This document shows, in pieces, positions 1 through 9,061 of a DNA stretch of 64,000 bases. The stretch's first letter is position 1; each line of letters starts with the position of its first letter. Source of the DNA: a virus (taxonomy: Duplodnaviria; Caudoviricetes); IMG/VR virus record IMGVR_UViG_3300048086_000013, positions 53 to 64,052 of that record; one strand, written 5' to 3'. A model generated the notes under the pieces. The model worked only from the letters and a program-made list of their open reading frames with translations, did no database searches and was not told the origin of the DNA. The position numbers were made by a program, and so were the translations under genes.

Positions 1-75
1 CACCGCCTAGCAGGCTTTTTTAAGCTGGAGGCAGTCCGACCCGATGGCACCAAGCGCTTGTTAGCCGACTGGTTC
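1..75. repeat. Terminal direct repeat copy 1 (identical to 63926-64000); circular or terminally redundant assembly
   Basis: caccgcctag...gactggttc (75 bp) is repeated exactly at the window end, and the reading frame continues across the join. Confidence 0.95.
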
Positions 76-870
76 CCGAACCTGATTCTCAATCAGGGGC
101 TGAATCGTATCGGCGCTAGCAGCGACTGGTTGCAATCTTGTCGGGTCGGTACAGGCAATACGACGCCTACCAACACTGACACCAACCTCGTTGCTCACGT
201 GGCGGGGACTACCACCCAATCCGCCCAAACGACTTCGGCTACCGGCTCACCGCCGTATTATGGGTATTCACAAAGGACCTTTCGTTTCGATCAGGGGGCA
301 GCCGCTGGCAATCTCGCTGAGGTTGGCGTTGGTTGGTCGAATGCCGATGCGTCTAACTTGTTCAGCCGTGCGCTGATTCTCGATGGAGATGGCGATCCGG
401 CCGTTGTTACCGTGCAAGCGGATGAGTTTCTCGACGTGTCGTACGAGCTGCGTTCGTATTCTCCTGACGCTGATGTCGATACTACGGTCACCATCGGCGG
501 CGACAGCTACGACATCACAGCGCGTGCGGCCAATGCGAATTCGTCGCTCTGGGCTCCACCGGCAGCGGCTGGCTTTAACACGGGCGTTGCGTATAGCGGC
601 GCCATCGGTGCGGTCACGTCATCGCCGACTGGTTCGCAAAGCAGCGTCAGTGGGCTCACCACCGATGCCTATAGTAATGACTCGTTCCAGATTGACTCCA
701 CACATACATGGGGACTGGATAGGGGGAACTTCGTCGGTGGAATTGCTTCTTTCTATGTTCAGTTCGGCATGGGGTCTATGCAGTATTCAGTCGACCCGCC
801 CATTCCCAAGGACGCCACGATGGTCCTTGCGATGCGCTTCCGTCACTCGTGGGCACGTAAGACGCTCTAA
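1..870 (+). CDS. Virion/tail structural protein, 3' part; the gene starts at ATG 63905 and wraps the join
   Basis: Open frame 1 from base 1 to TAA 870; joins MNTIEIQHRLAGFFKLEAVRPDGTKR from 63905; Thr/Gly/Ser-rich; lies in the tail operon. Confidence 0.8.
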   Translation, partial: HRLAGFFKLEAVRPDGTKRLLADWFPNLILNQGLNRIGASSDWLQSCRVGTGNTTPTNTDTNLVAHVAGTTTQSAQTTSATGSPPYYGYSQRTFRFDQGAAAGNLAEVGVGWSNADASNLFSRALILDGDGDPAVVTVQADEFLDVSYELRSYSPDADVDTTVTIGGDSYDITARAANANSSLWAPPAAAGFNTGVAYSGAIGAVTSSPTGSQSSVSGLTTDAYSNDSFQIDSTHTWGLDRGNFVGGIASFYVQFGMGSMQYSVDPPIPKDATMVLAMRFRHSWARKTL

Positions 871-1457
871 TGGCACTACCCGGCAACGTCCTATCTACCG
901 ATACGTCGCACGACGATTTCATTTCGCCTCGTGACGTTCCGAAGACGCTGATCCAAGATTATGAGATTGGAGGCGTTGCGCTGGCTGATCCATCGCAAGG
1001 GCTGAACGTGAAGACGTGGCGTGCGTTCATCGACGACGCTGGTACGACGATCAAGTTGGAAGCGACGGGCGTCCTTACGACGACGCAGATCACTGGCACG
1101 GAGATCACGGAAGTCAGTCTCTCCTTCGATCAGAACATGCGCCCAGTGATTGCGTTCGTCGACTCTGGTGTGGCGAAGTTCCGCTGGTTCGACTCGCTGG
1201 TATCCAACTTTGTCACGACGACGCTCACCAGCGCCAAGAACCCTCGGGTATGCCTCGACGATAAGCGGGCACAGACGCTCGGATCAAGTGACGTGATCCT
1301 TGCCTATCTACTCGCCGACGCCTTGGTTATGCGCATGCAGCGTGATCGCTACACCGTTGCGTACGAATTGGATGACGAGATTGAAGACCGCGACCTCTTG
1401 CAGATCGGCATGAACAAGAGGAACCGGTTCCAGTTTCAGTTGCAGGTGAGCCCATGA
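870..1457 (+). CDS. Putative tail protein
   Basis: 195 aa ORF, start overlaps the previous stop, tail operon context. Confidence 0.65.
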   Translation: MALPGNVLSTDTSHDDFISPRDVPKTLIQDYEIGGVALADPSQGLNVKTWRAFIDDAGTTIKLEATGVLTTTQITGTEITEVSLSFDQNMRPVIAFVDSGVAKFRWFDSLVSNFVTTTLTSAKNPRVCLDDKRAQTLGSSDVILAYLLADALVMRMQRDRYTVAYELDDEIEDRDLLQIGMNKRNRFQFQLQVSP

Positions 1458-3286
1458 CCGCACTCAAGCTCGAAGGCTTCATGGGATTGGTCCCTCGTGT
1501 GTCGGACCGCCTGCTTCCCAACATGTGTGCCACAACGGCTCGCAATACCAAACTCCTGTCTGGAGAGGCTCGTGGGTTTCGCGTCCCGCGCCAAGTCAAA
1601 GACCTCACCAACGAGTACTTTACGGTCCGGCGCGTCTACCGCATTCCGTACATCGAGTACGATGAGGAGCTGTCGTTCTGGCTGGCGTTCGACTCGCGCA
1701 ACGTCGACATCGTGCGCTCGCCGCTCGTCAACGATGCCTACGACCGCTACTACTGGGCAGGTGATGGCGCACCGAAGTACAACACTTTCGCGCGCATGCT
1801 CAACGGTGATCCGGAGCTGTTGTTAGGCATTCCCACGCCGACTGCCGTACCCATCGTGACTCCGCCCGGTGCCGGTATCGACACTACGCGCTCCTATCTA
1901 TATACGTTTGTCAGCGAGTTCGGCGAAGAGGGCGCTCCCTCACCGCCGTCCGATGTGCAGGTTGCCGCCGCTGGAACGTGGGTCATCACGGGCATGCAGA
2001 CCGTTGTCCCTCAGGCCAGTCAGCGCCGCGTCACGCGTAAGCGCATCTACCGCACCGTCCCCGGCAACGCTGGCACGATGTTCTTCTTCGTTGCTGAGGT
2101 TCCGATTGCGGATACGAGTTATAACGACTCGGCGACTGATGACGTGGTGGCGCTGAACAACATCCTCGAATCGACGAGCTTCCAGCCGCCGCCGTCGAAT
2201 CTCGAAGGCTTCGTCGTGATGCCGAACGGCTATCTAGTCGGATGGGTCGGTCGGCGCCTCGTGTTCAGTGAGCCGTTCCGTGCACACGCGTGGCCTCCTG
2301 AGTACGAGATCGGTACCGAGTTCGAGATCGTGGCGCTGGCGGTGTGGGGAAACTCCCTCGTCGTGGGTACCAAGTCGAACCCGTACATCGGCATGGGTGT
2401 GACTCCTGCATCATTCACCATGCAGAAGACCGATGCGGTCATGCCTTGCCTGTCTCGCCGTGGAATGGTGGCCTCGGACGCTGGCGTGTACTACCCGTCG
2501 ATCAACGGGCTCGTCGTCGTGAACTCGCCAACGCCGCAGGTGGTGACGCAGGACCTGCTCACCAAGGAAGAGTGGACGCGTCGATACAACCCGAAAGATA
2601 TCTATGCGACTAGCTACGGCATGCAGTACATCGCATTCAACCAGCCGTCGTTCGGGTTCATCTTCAACCCGACTGAGCCTGCTTCACGCCTCGTGGAACT
2701 GGATCGCTTCGATCACGTGGAAGGCATCGACACGGATCGGTATGACGGCACGGTTTACCTGATCTATGACGACCGGGTGTGGGAGTGGGACCCGGAAGGT
2801 TCCGAGCGTCTGTACTGGCGCTGGAAGTCCAAGAAGTTCCATCTGCCGAAGCCGTTGAATTTCGGCGCGCTCAAGATCAAGTTCAACGACGAAGACGAGG
2901 ATGTTAGCGCGGACGTGCTGGCCTATTACAAGCCGTACAACGATGCGCGCTTCGCTGCTGGTCCACTGAACACGATCAACGGACACGTGATCGATGGTGT
3001 GGAAGGCGCTGGTCAGGTCGCTGGCTGGACCGAGCCCGAGAACATGTTCCCTATCGGCGGCGACAGCCTCTATCCACTCAACTTCATGCTGACGCAGGGA
3101 TCGTCCGTGCGCTTTATCATGTACGCGAACGATGAGATCGTTTTCGACACCATCGTGCAGAACCAGAACATGGTTCGCCTGCCTGCTGGCTTCAAGCGCG
3201 ATGTCTACCAATTCGAGATGATTAGCGCCAGCGAAGTGTTCTCCGCGTCGATTGCTGAAACCGGCAAGGAATTGGCGAAGCTCTAA
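1454..3286 (+). CDS. Tail nozzle/stabilisation protein (T7 gp12 / P22 gp10-like, beta-propeller type)
   Basis: 610 aa; N-terminal F.GLVPRVSDRLLP..A..A.N, LVFSEPF..HAWP, W.W.SK.F patterns typical of podovirus nozzle proteins; ATGA coupling. Confidence 0.7.
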   Translation: MTALKLEGFMGLVPRVSDRLLPNMCATTARNTKLLSGEARGFRVPRQVKDLTNEYFTVRRVYRIPYIEYDEELSFWLAFDSRNVDIVRSPLVNDAYDRYYWAGDGAPKYNTFARMLNGDPELLLGIPTPTAVPIVTPPGAGIDTTRSYLYTFVSEFGEEGAPSPPSDVQVAAAGTWVITGMQTVVPQASQRRVTRKRIYRTVPGNAGTMFFFVAEVPIADTSYNDSATDDVVALNNILESTSFQPPPSNLEGFVVMPNGYLVGWVGRRLVFSEPFRAHAWPPEYEIGTEFEIVALAVWGNSLVVGTKSNPYIGMGVTPASFTMQKTDAVMPCLSRRGMVASDAGVYYPSINGLVVVNSPTPQVVTQDLLTKEEWTRRYNPKDIYATSYGMQYIAFNQPSFGFIFNPTEPASRLVELDRFDHVEGIDTDRYDGTVYLIYDDRVWEWDPEGSERLYWRWKSKKFHLPKPLNFGALKIKFNDEDEDVSADVLAYYKPYNDARFAAGPLNTINGHVIDGVEGAGQVAGWTEPENMFPIGGDSLYPLNFMLTQGSSVRFIMYANDEIVFDTIVQNQNMVRLPAGFKRDVYQFEMISASEVFSASIAETGKELAKL

Positions 3287-3951
3287 TGGCTCTTAAGCTC
3301 AAAGGCAACCGCAAATATCCGACGATTCCGCCCGTCAAGCATGACTTGGCGAATCACACGGATACGATCATGGCGATCAAAGAGGCCATGGAAGTCGGGC
3401 AGCGCCGGACTAACAACCTCTTTTACTCGTTCATCACCGTGCAGGATTTGCTGGACCTCGGGCTCATTGACCTGAAGGGAAACACGCAGTCCATCGTCGG
3501 TGCGGACCTCTCGCAGATTGCCAACATTGGTGACCTGAGTGGCTCGGCCACTGGAGATTTCCTGCGCTACAACGGCACGGTGTGGATCAACGATCAGATT
3601 CACCTTGGCGATATCACGCAGGGCATGGTCACGCAGCACGAAGCCGCGCTCACCATTTCGTGGAGCCAGCTCACCGGTATTCCGCCGCTCGGTGAAGCTA
3701 ACGACGGCCTGAATGTCGGCTACGGCGCTGGCGTGTTCAAGGACAAGGTTGGACTCGACCTGCGGTTCAAGACTCTCGTTGAAGGCGCCAACATCACCAT
3801 CGTTGAAGACGACGATGAGATTACGATCTCGGGCGAGTCTGGCGATGTGGGGCAGTACCGCGAGCCGATGACCGATGGCGACGTGGATGACCCGCAGATT
3901 CTATTTTCCGGTGGCGACTTTGTGTTTGCCCTGCGGGACCTCGTAACATGA
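3286..3951 (+). CDS. Putative tail fibre-associated protein
   Basis: 221 aa; GDFLRYNGTVWIN and LRFKTLVEGANITI fibre-like segments. Confidence 0.55.
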   Translation: MALKLKGNRKYPTIPPVKHDLANHTDTIMAIKEAMEVGQRRTNNLFYSFITVQDLLDLGLIDLKGNTQSIVGADLSQIANIGDLSGSATGDFLRYNGTVWINDQIHLGDITQGMVTQHEAALTISWSQLTGIPPLGEANDGLNVGYGAGVFKDKVGLDLRFKTLVEGANITIVEDDDEITISGESGDVGQYREPMTDGDVDDPQILFSGGDFVFALRDLVT

Positions 3952-4130
3952 GGCACTACGACATTCAGGCGCCGGACATTCACCCGTTCGCGTTCGTGCA
4001 GGATGCGGACCCGGCGCTTGATATAGATAATGGTGTTGGCCCGAACAAGGTGTGGTTTCGGACCACTGACTTTCGAGTGCTGGTGCGGAATGACTACGAT
4101 GATGATTGGATTTTGGTAGGAGGCGACTGA
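3948..4130 (+). CDS. Small virion protein, paralog of the next gene
   Basis: 60 aa; IHP..FV.D.DP.LD..N.VG..K.W...VRND..D.WI shared with 4130-4435. Confidence 0.65.
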   Translation: MRHYDIQAPDIHPFAFVQDADPALDIDNGVGPNKVWFRTTDFRVLVRNDYDDDWILVGGD

Positions 4131-4435
4131 TGGACCATCGTGACCTAACAGGCCCTGCTGCGATCCATCCTGCGTTTTTTGTCAGTGATACGGACCCGTC
4201 TCTCGACGCTGCCAATCATGTGGGGGCGGGGAAGGGCTGGCTCGATACGAGTGAGGCTCCCACGTTGAAGGTTCGCAACGACGCAAACGACGCGTGGATC
4301 ACTGCACTCGGCCCACCGCCTCCTCCGGGCATCGTCATTTCGTTCGCTGAACTAGCTGCTGTGTATATCGCCGCCGCGTTCGATGACTTTGAGTTTTCTG
4401 ATCTCGACTTTACTGAGCTGGAGTACGTCCCATGA
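4130..4435 (+). CDS. Small virion protein, paralog of the previous gene
   Basis: Start ATG 4130 overlaps the previous stop, AGGAGG upstream; shared motif as above. Confidence 0.65.
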   Translation: MDHRDLTGPAAIHPAFFVSDTDPSLDAANHVGAGKGWLDTSEAPTLKVRNDANDAWITALGPPPPPGIVISFAELAAVYIAAAFDDFEFSDLDFTELEYVP

Positions 4436-5406
4436 GCGCAACCCTCACTTGGCACAAGAGCGGTCTCGGTACGAAGACCGGCACCGCCAACGCTAATCTC
4501 ATCACAGACATCAAGAACCTTGTGCTCACCAAGGCGGGAGACGCGGACTTCAAATGGGAGGTCGCAGACTTCAGCACGTCGACTCCGATGTATGTTTCGC
4601 TCAAGCGCAAAGATGCGAGCGACGGCCGTATTTTGTTTGCTATCTGGAGTTCCGCCCCCGCCGCTGTCAACGTTGACATTCTGGATCAGTCGCCGCAGAC
4701 CAGCGTACTTTTTGGCGCGTATTTCCCGAACGGTAATACGGACAGCGCCATCAATCTGGCGGCTGCGAGTGGCGCTATCCTTGGCGACAACACTGGCTGC
4801 ACGAAGGTGGCCACCGGCTACTTCGTTTCGTCCATGTACACGACTAACTACCAGTCGTGGTATTTCGACAGTGAGGAAGGAATGGTCTGGGGGTTCCAAG
4901 ACCCGGGTGGAACACAGACGAACTTCATGATGTTTGGCGATTTGGTTATCGACGACGCTGACAATGTGTACCCATGCGTCGTGGGTGGCGCTAGCGGTTC
5001 CTTGGGTTCCATGGGGAGCAGCTCGCCTCCGTTAGCGTGGACTTCTTCTCCCCCTAGCGCCGGTGCATTTTCGGTGGCCTATGCTCATGTGGTGTACCCA
5101 TCTACTGTGTCGAAGCCTTTCTACCAAGCATTCGCTTGCACAGGTGCTTGGGGGGCGCAGGTGGGTACACCTGACGTGCTCAATGACAGCTCTAACAGCA
5201 AGGTGTACTTCGAACCCATTCCGCTCGTCGGACAAACGAAGGGCCAAGGCATCAAGCTCAAGCTGCGTCAGCTCGCCCTCGGGCCGGGATCAACTTCCGC
5301 CTTCAATTTATACAACGGTACTGGTCCGGTGCCGATGGCATATCAGTGCAACGGCGCCGTTGCTGGCGGTGTTGGGTTCCCCTACGCGGTCAATTTCAAG
5401 CTGTAA
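4432..5406 (+). CDS. Putative tail fibre/receptor-binding or other virion protein
   Basis: 324 aa, Gly/Ser/Thr-rich, last gene of the tail block before lysis. Confidence 0.5.
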   Translation: MSATLTWHKSGLGTKTGTANANLITDIKNLVLTKAGDADFKWEVADFSTSTPMYVSLKRKDASDGRILFAIWSSAPAAVNVDILDQSPQTSVLFGAYFPNGNTDSAINLAAASGAILGDNTGCTKVATGYFVSSMYTTNYQSWYFDSEEGMVWGFQDPGGTQTNFMMFGDLVIDDADNVYPCVVGGASGSLGSMGSSSPPLAWTSSPPSAGAFSVAYAHVVYPSTVSKPFYQAFACTGAWGAQVGTPDVLNDSSNSKVYFEPIPLVGQTKGQGIKLKLRQLALGPGSTSAFNLYNGTGPVPMAYQCNGAVAGGVGFPYAVNFKL

Positions 5407-5407
5407 G

Positions 5408-5436
5408 TTGCTGACACGTGTAGGGAATGGTATATC
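5408..5436 (+). promoter_or_regulatory. Possible sigma70-type promoter for the lysis genes
   Basis: TTGCTG-N17-TATATC with TG extension, followed by a TAGGAG RBS before ATG 5460. Confidence 0.35.
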
Positions 5437-5459
5437 AGCACAACTGTAGGAGCCCTCCG

Positions 5460-5879
5460 ATGCCGAGTTTTAGCACTACGTCTCTGAAGCAGCTCGCGAC
5501 CTGCGATGCGCGTCTCCAAGATGTACTACAGGCCGCGATCTTGCGGGTTGACTTCGTGATTCTCGAAGGGCATCGCAACGAGGTTGACCAGAACGCCGCC
5601 TTCGCTGCCGGGAAGTCGCAGAAGAAGTGGCCCGAAGGGAACCACAATGCGTACCCATCACGTGCGGTCGACATCGCCCCCTATCTACCCGAAGTGAAGA
5701 TCGATTGGAACGATCTCGTCGCGTTCGGACGCCTCATGGGTTACATCCAGTGTCTCGCCGACCAGCGCAACATCAAGTTGCGCTTCGGCCTCGACTGGGA
5801 TGGCGATTGGCGTACGGCGGGCAAGAACGACCCCAACGAGCACTTTCTCGACGCTCCTCACATCGAACTGGTGGGCTGA
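5460..5879 (+). CDS. Endolysin, peptidase M15 (L-Ala-D-Glu peptidase type)
   Basis: EGHR..Q, S..KWPEGNH...AVDI, FGLDW and D.PHIEL zinc-peptidase motifs; start placed at ATG 5460 by the RBS. Confidence 0.85.
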   Translation: MPSFSTTSLKQLATCDARLQDVLQAAILRVDFVILEGHRNEVDQNAAFAAGKSQKKWPEGNHNAYPSRAVDIAPYLPEVKIDWNDLVAFGRLMGYIQCLADQRNIKLRFGLDWDGDWRTAGKNDPNEHFLDAPHIELVG

Positions 5880-5880
5880 C

Positions 5881-6420
5881 ATGGGCAAATTCGACTGGAA
5901 GAAAGTGGTAGGCGCGGTTGCCCCCACCATCGCCACCGCTCTAGGCGGCCCCCTCGCAGGCGTTGCAGTGAAGACCCTCGCAACACAGTTGTTAGGGAAC
6001 TCTGACGCGACCGAAGAGGATGTCGCCGCTGCCGTTGCTGCTGCCGACCCGCAGACGCTGCTCAAGCTCAAGGAGATCGATGCAGAGTTCAAGAAGACGA
6101 TGATCGACGCGGGCGTGAAACTCGAAGAGATTGCCGCCAGTGATCGCAATAGTGCGCGCAATCGAGAAGTGTCCGCTCATGATAGTTGGACGCCGCGCAT
6201 TCTCGCGCTCGTGGTCATCGGTGGATTCATGACGTGTGTGTACGCAATCCTCGGCGGGCACGTGTCTGACCTGAAGGACCCGCTGATCGCGGGGTTGATT
6301 GGAACAATGGTTGGATATACCAGTGCCAAAGCTGACCAAGTGATCAGCTACTACTTCGGCAGCTCGGCATCCTCAAAGTCGAAAGACGAGACGATTTCTA
6401 CCATCGCAAAGATGGAGTAA
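5881..6420 (+). CDS. Putative holin (3TM, GTA-holin-like)
   Basis: APTIATALGGPLAG N-terminus, D...AR.RE, two hydrophobic helices and YYFGSS C-terminal motif; follows the endolysin. Confidence 0.7.
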   Translation: MGKFDWKKVVGAVAPTIATALGGPLAGVAVKTLATQLLGNSDATEEDVAAAVAAADPQTLLKLKEIDAEFKKTMIDAGVKLEEIAASDRNSARNREVSAHDSWTPRILALVVIGGFMTCVYAILGGHVSDLKDPLIAGLIGTMVGYTSAKADQVISYYFGSSASSKSKDETISTIAKME

Positions 6421-6436
6421 GTCATGAGGAGTCCCT

Positions 6437-6853
6437 ATGGAGTGGCTGGAGAAATTGATGGGTGTTGCAACGAACCTGATTCCGCCTATCGATGGGGCAA
6501 CTGACATTCATGTTAGGCGGTGGCGCCTCTGGGTTGCAGGAGTAACATTTGTGAACGCATTCGGACTGACCATTCATATCGCTCTGGCTTGCGGGCTGAT
6601 TCCGTTCTATCCGGGATTCGCCCAAGCTGGTGAAGTGAAAACTACGCAGCAGGCGGTCGACAATCTCGCCAACGAGCTGAAGGCCCAACGCGTCGGCATC
6701 ATCGAGGCCAGCATTCTCGACACGAGGCAGAAGCAATGCGCTTCGCAGCCGGAAGTACGCAGGCTGTACACCGCGTCGCTTCAGAAGCTGCTCATCGAGT
6801 ACCGGAACATTACGAAGAGTGACTACCCCGTACCGGGGTGTGAGGCTTTCTAA
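6437..6853 (+). CDS. Membrane protein in the lysis cassette (possible spanin-like)
   Basis: Hydrophobic segment WLWVAGVTFVNAFGLTIHIALACGLI followed by a coiled-coil-like region. Confidence 0.4.
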   Translation: MEWLEKLMGVATNLIPPIDGATDIHVRRWRLWVAGVTFVNAFGLTIHIALACGLIPFYPGFAQAGEVKTTQQAVDNLANELKAQRVGIIEASILDTRQKQCASQPEVRRLYTASLQKLLIEYRNITKSDYPVPGCEAF

Positions 6854-7365
6854 TGGGCTTCTTCAGCAATCTCGGGAAGTCGCTCAACCCCTTCCAGAAT
6901 CCGGTCAAGGGAGTCAAGAACGCGCTCTCGATGGGGATCGACCCGGCTGGTTCCGTTGTTCGTGCCGGTAAGACGGGGGACATGTCCCCTCACAACGTCA
7001 AGGGCATGTACGATCCGGGCGGGTTCATCGGTGGGGTGCCGCAGGCGGCGCCTAACAGCTATACGCCGCAGCATGTGATGAATCTTTCACCGGCCGCGCA
7101 GCAGATGTACGACGCCATGCAGGCACGCACGGCGGCGCGTAACGCTGGGGTACCATACAACCCGACGCCCTCGGCACCTGTTGTGGCTCCGCAGCTTCCG
7201 CACCGCACGCCGCTCGGGCAGCAGCCCGCGCCGACACAGACCCCGTACGATCCGGGACTGCCGCCACAACAGCTTGCCGATGGCGGCATGGTCGGGCAGG
7301 AATTCGATGGCGACTACTGGGAGAACAAGTCGTTCGAACGGAAGCCCAATGGCAAACCGTACTAA
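6853..7365 (+). CDS. Pro/Gln-rich hypothetical protein with an ADGG motif, possible internal virion protein
   Basis: 170 aa ORF coupled to the previous stop; QQLADGGMVG. Confidence 0.55.
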   Translation: MGFFSNLGKSLNPFQNPVKGVKNALSMGIDPAGSVVRAGKTGDMSPHNVKGMYDPGGFIGGVPQAAPNSYTPQHVMNLSPAAQQMYDAMQARTAARNAGVPYNPTPSAPVVAPQLPHRTPLGQQPAPTQTPYDPGLPPQQLADGGMVGQEFDGDYWENKSFERKPNGKPY

Positions 7366-7812
7366 GTGGCTAGTCAGTACACAGGGTTCACCGACACACC
7401 GGTCCACATTCTCCACGAGTGGCTCCGCGTTCGTATTGGTGTTCCTTGGAGTACTGATTTTCGCTGCCTTGCTCGCGTGGTTCGTGGGGAAATTGTCGGA
7501 TGCGTGGGGTACGAAGGTTTCAACGGTCGGTCGCTCCGCATGCACATGGCAGGCAACCGACATGGATGGCTCAATCGCGAGTTCATCCAACGAGCATTTC
7601 GCTATCCGTTTGTAACGCTCGATCTGCCGATGGTGTTTGGGATTGTGCCGAGCGGGAATCTTGAGGCGCTGAAGATCGACAAGAAGTTAGGGTTCATTGA
7701 ATTACTGTACGTCGAAGGAGCACACGCGGATGGCGGGCTCCACTTTCTGCAACTGACACGTGAAAACTGGTTGAGGACGAAACATGGGAAGCAAAGCACC
7801 CGAAGCGCCTGA
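7366..7812 (+). CDS. GNAT-fold acetyltransferase-like protein preceding the ejection genes (positional analogue of T7 gp13 / P22 gp14)
   Basis: IVGCVGY...MH.AG...WL.REF...FRYPF..L..V.G.V..N..ALK...KLGF pattern. Confidence 0.65.
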   Translation: MASQYTGFTDTPVHILHEWLRVRIGVPWSTDFRCLARVVRGEIVGCVGYEGFNGRSLRMHMAGNRHGWLNREFIQRAFRYPFVTLDLPMVFGIVPSGNLEALKIDKKLGFIELLYVEGAHADGGLHFLQLTRENWLRTKHGKQSTRSA

Positions 7813-9058
7813 TCTCGGCCCAATGGCTGAAGGGTCGGCTGAGTCCGCGCGTATCGCGCAAGAGACCGCGCTCGAACAGCTCGCGTGGGCTCGTGAGCAG
7901 GACACTAACAACCGTCAACTCCTCGACCGTGTAGTCACGGGGCAGGAACAGGTTCAGCAGGACACGCTCCAGAACGCGCAGGAAGATCGGCAGCGCTACG
8001 AGGATATCTACCAGCCGCTGGAAGACAACCTCACTCAAGAATTTCAGAACTACGACTCGCCCGAGCAGCACCAGCAAGATCGCGGCCGTGCGATGTCGGA
8101 TGTCTCGCAGTCCTTCGACGCGGCGCGGCGTAACGCGCTTCAGCGTCTGGAGAGCTACGGCGTTGATCCAAGCCAGACCCGCAACGCTGCGCTCGACATC
8201 GGTACGCGCACGGCGCAAGCCGCTGCGACCGCTGGCGCTGCGTCGGCATCGGATCGTGCGACGACTCAGACCGGTCGCGCGCTGCGCGCCGAAGCCCTGA
8301 ACATCGGCAAAGGATATCCGTCGAACGTGGCGGGCTCGTATGGCCAGTCACTTGCCGCTGGCAACTCGATGGTGGGCAACGCCAACCAAACTACCAACAC
8401 GAGCAGCAACGCGCTTGGCGGTGTGAACGCTGGTCTCGGTACGTCTATTCAAGGTTTCGGTCAGGCTGGCAACACGATGTCGCAGGGCTACGGCAATCAA
8501 ATGCAGCAGTACAACGCCAATCAGGCGACGACGAACGCAGCCATCGGCGCCGTGGGCGGTATTGCTGGCATGTTCATGGCCGATGGTGGCGATGTCCCAT
8601 TCGAGAGCGAGCCGGGGGCAATCGACTTCGGCGAAGGCGATGGCACAGGCATCGACGATCAGGTACCCATCAATGCTTCCAAAGGCGAATACATCATCCC
8701 CGCTGACGTTGTGCGTGCGAAGGGCGAAGAGTTTTTTGACAAGCTGGTCGAACGCTACCACACGCCCGCAGCCGAGCAGCAGGAAGACGAACACACATCG
8801 AATGTGCGTACCGGCCGCGCATTGTCTCCGGTGCCTAACAAGGCCAACGGCGGGCTCACGGGGTTCGGTGGGCCTTCGCGCGTAATGTCTTCGCCGAAGG
8901 CTCCGCCGATGCAGCAGCCGATGGCTCCTCGTCAGGCGATCCCGGCCATGCCTTCTTTCCCGCGCGCAACCACGCCTGCGGCGATGCCGTACCGTTCACC
9001 GATTCAACGCCCGATGGGGCAGCCTGCGCGTCCGCAGTTCGCAGCACGAGGTATCTGA
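7784..9058 (+). CDS. DNA ejection/internal virion protein
   Basis: 424 aa; MGSKAP..PD start, Gln/Ala/Gly-rich helical body, ADGG...G.G.DDQVP..ASKGEYIIPADVV domain. Confidence 0.65.
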   Translation: MGSKAPEAPDLGPMAEGSAESARIAQETALEQLAWAREQDTNNRQLLDRVVTGQEQVQQDTLQNAQEDRQRYEDIYQPLEDNLTQEFQNYDSPEQHQQDRGRAMSDVSQSFDAARRNALQRLESYGVDPSQTRNAALDIGTRTAQAAATAGAASASDRATTQTGRALRAEALNIGKGYPSNVAGSYGQSLAAGNSMVGNANQTTNTSSNALGGVNAGLGTSIQGFGQAGNTMSQGYGNQMQQYNANQATTNAAIGAVGGIAGMFMADGGDVPFESEPGAIDFGEGDGTGIDDQVPINASKGEYIIPADVVRAKGEEFFDKLVERYHTPAAEQQEDEHTSNVRTGRALSPVPNKANGGLTGFGGPSRVMSSPKAPPMQQPMAPRQAIPAMPSFPRATTPAAMPYRSPIQRPMGQPARPQFAARGI

Positions 9059-9061
9059 GCC

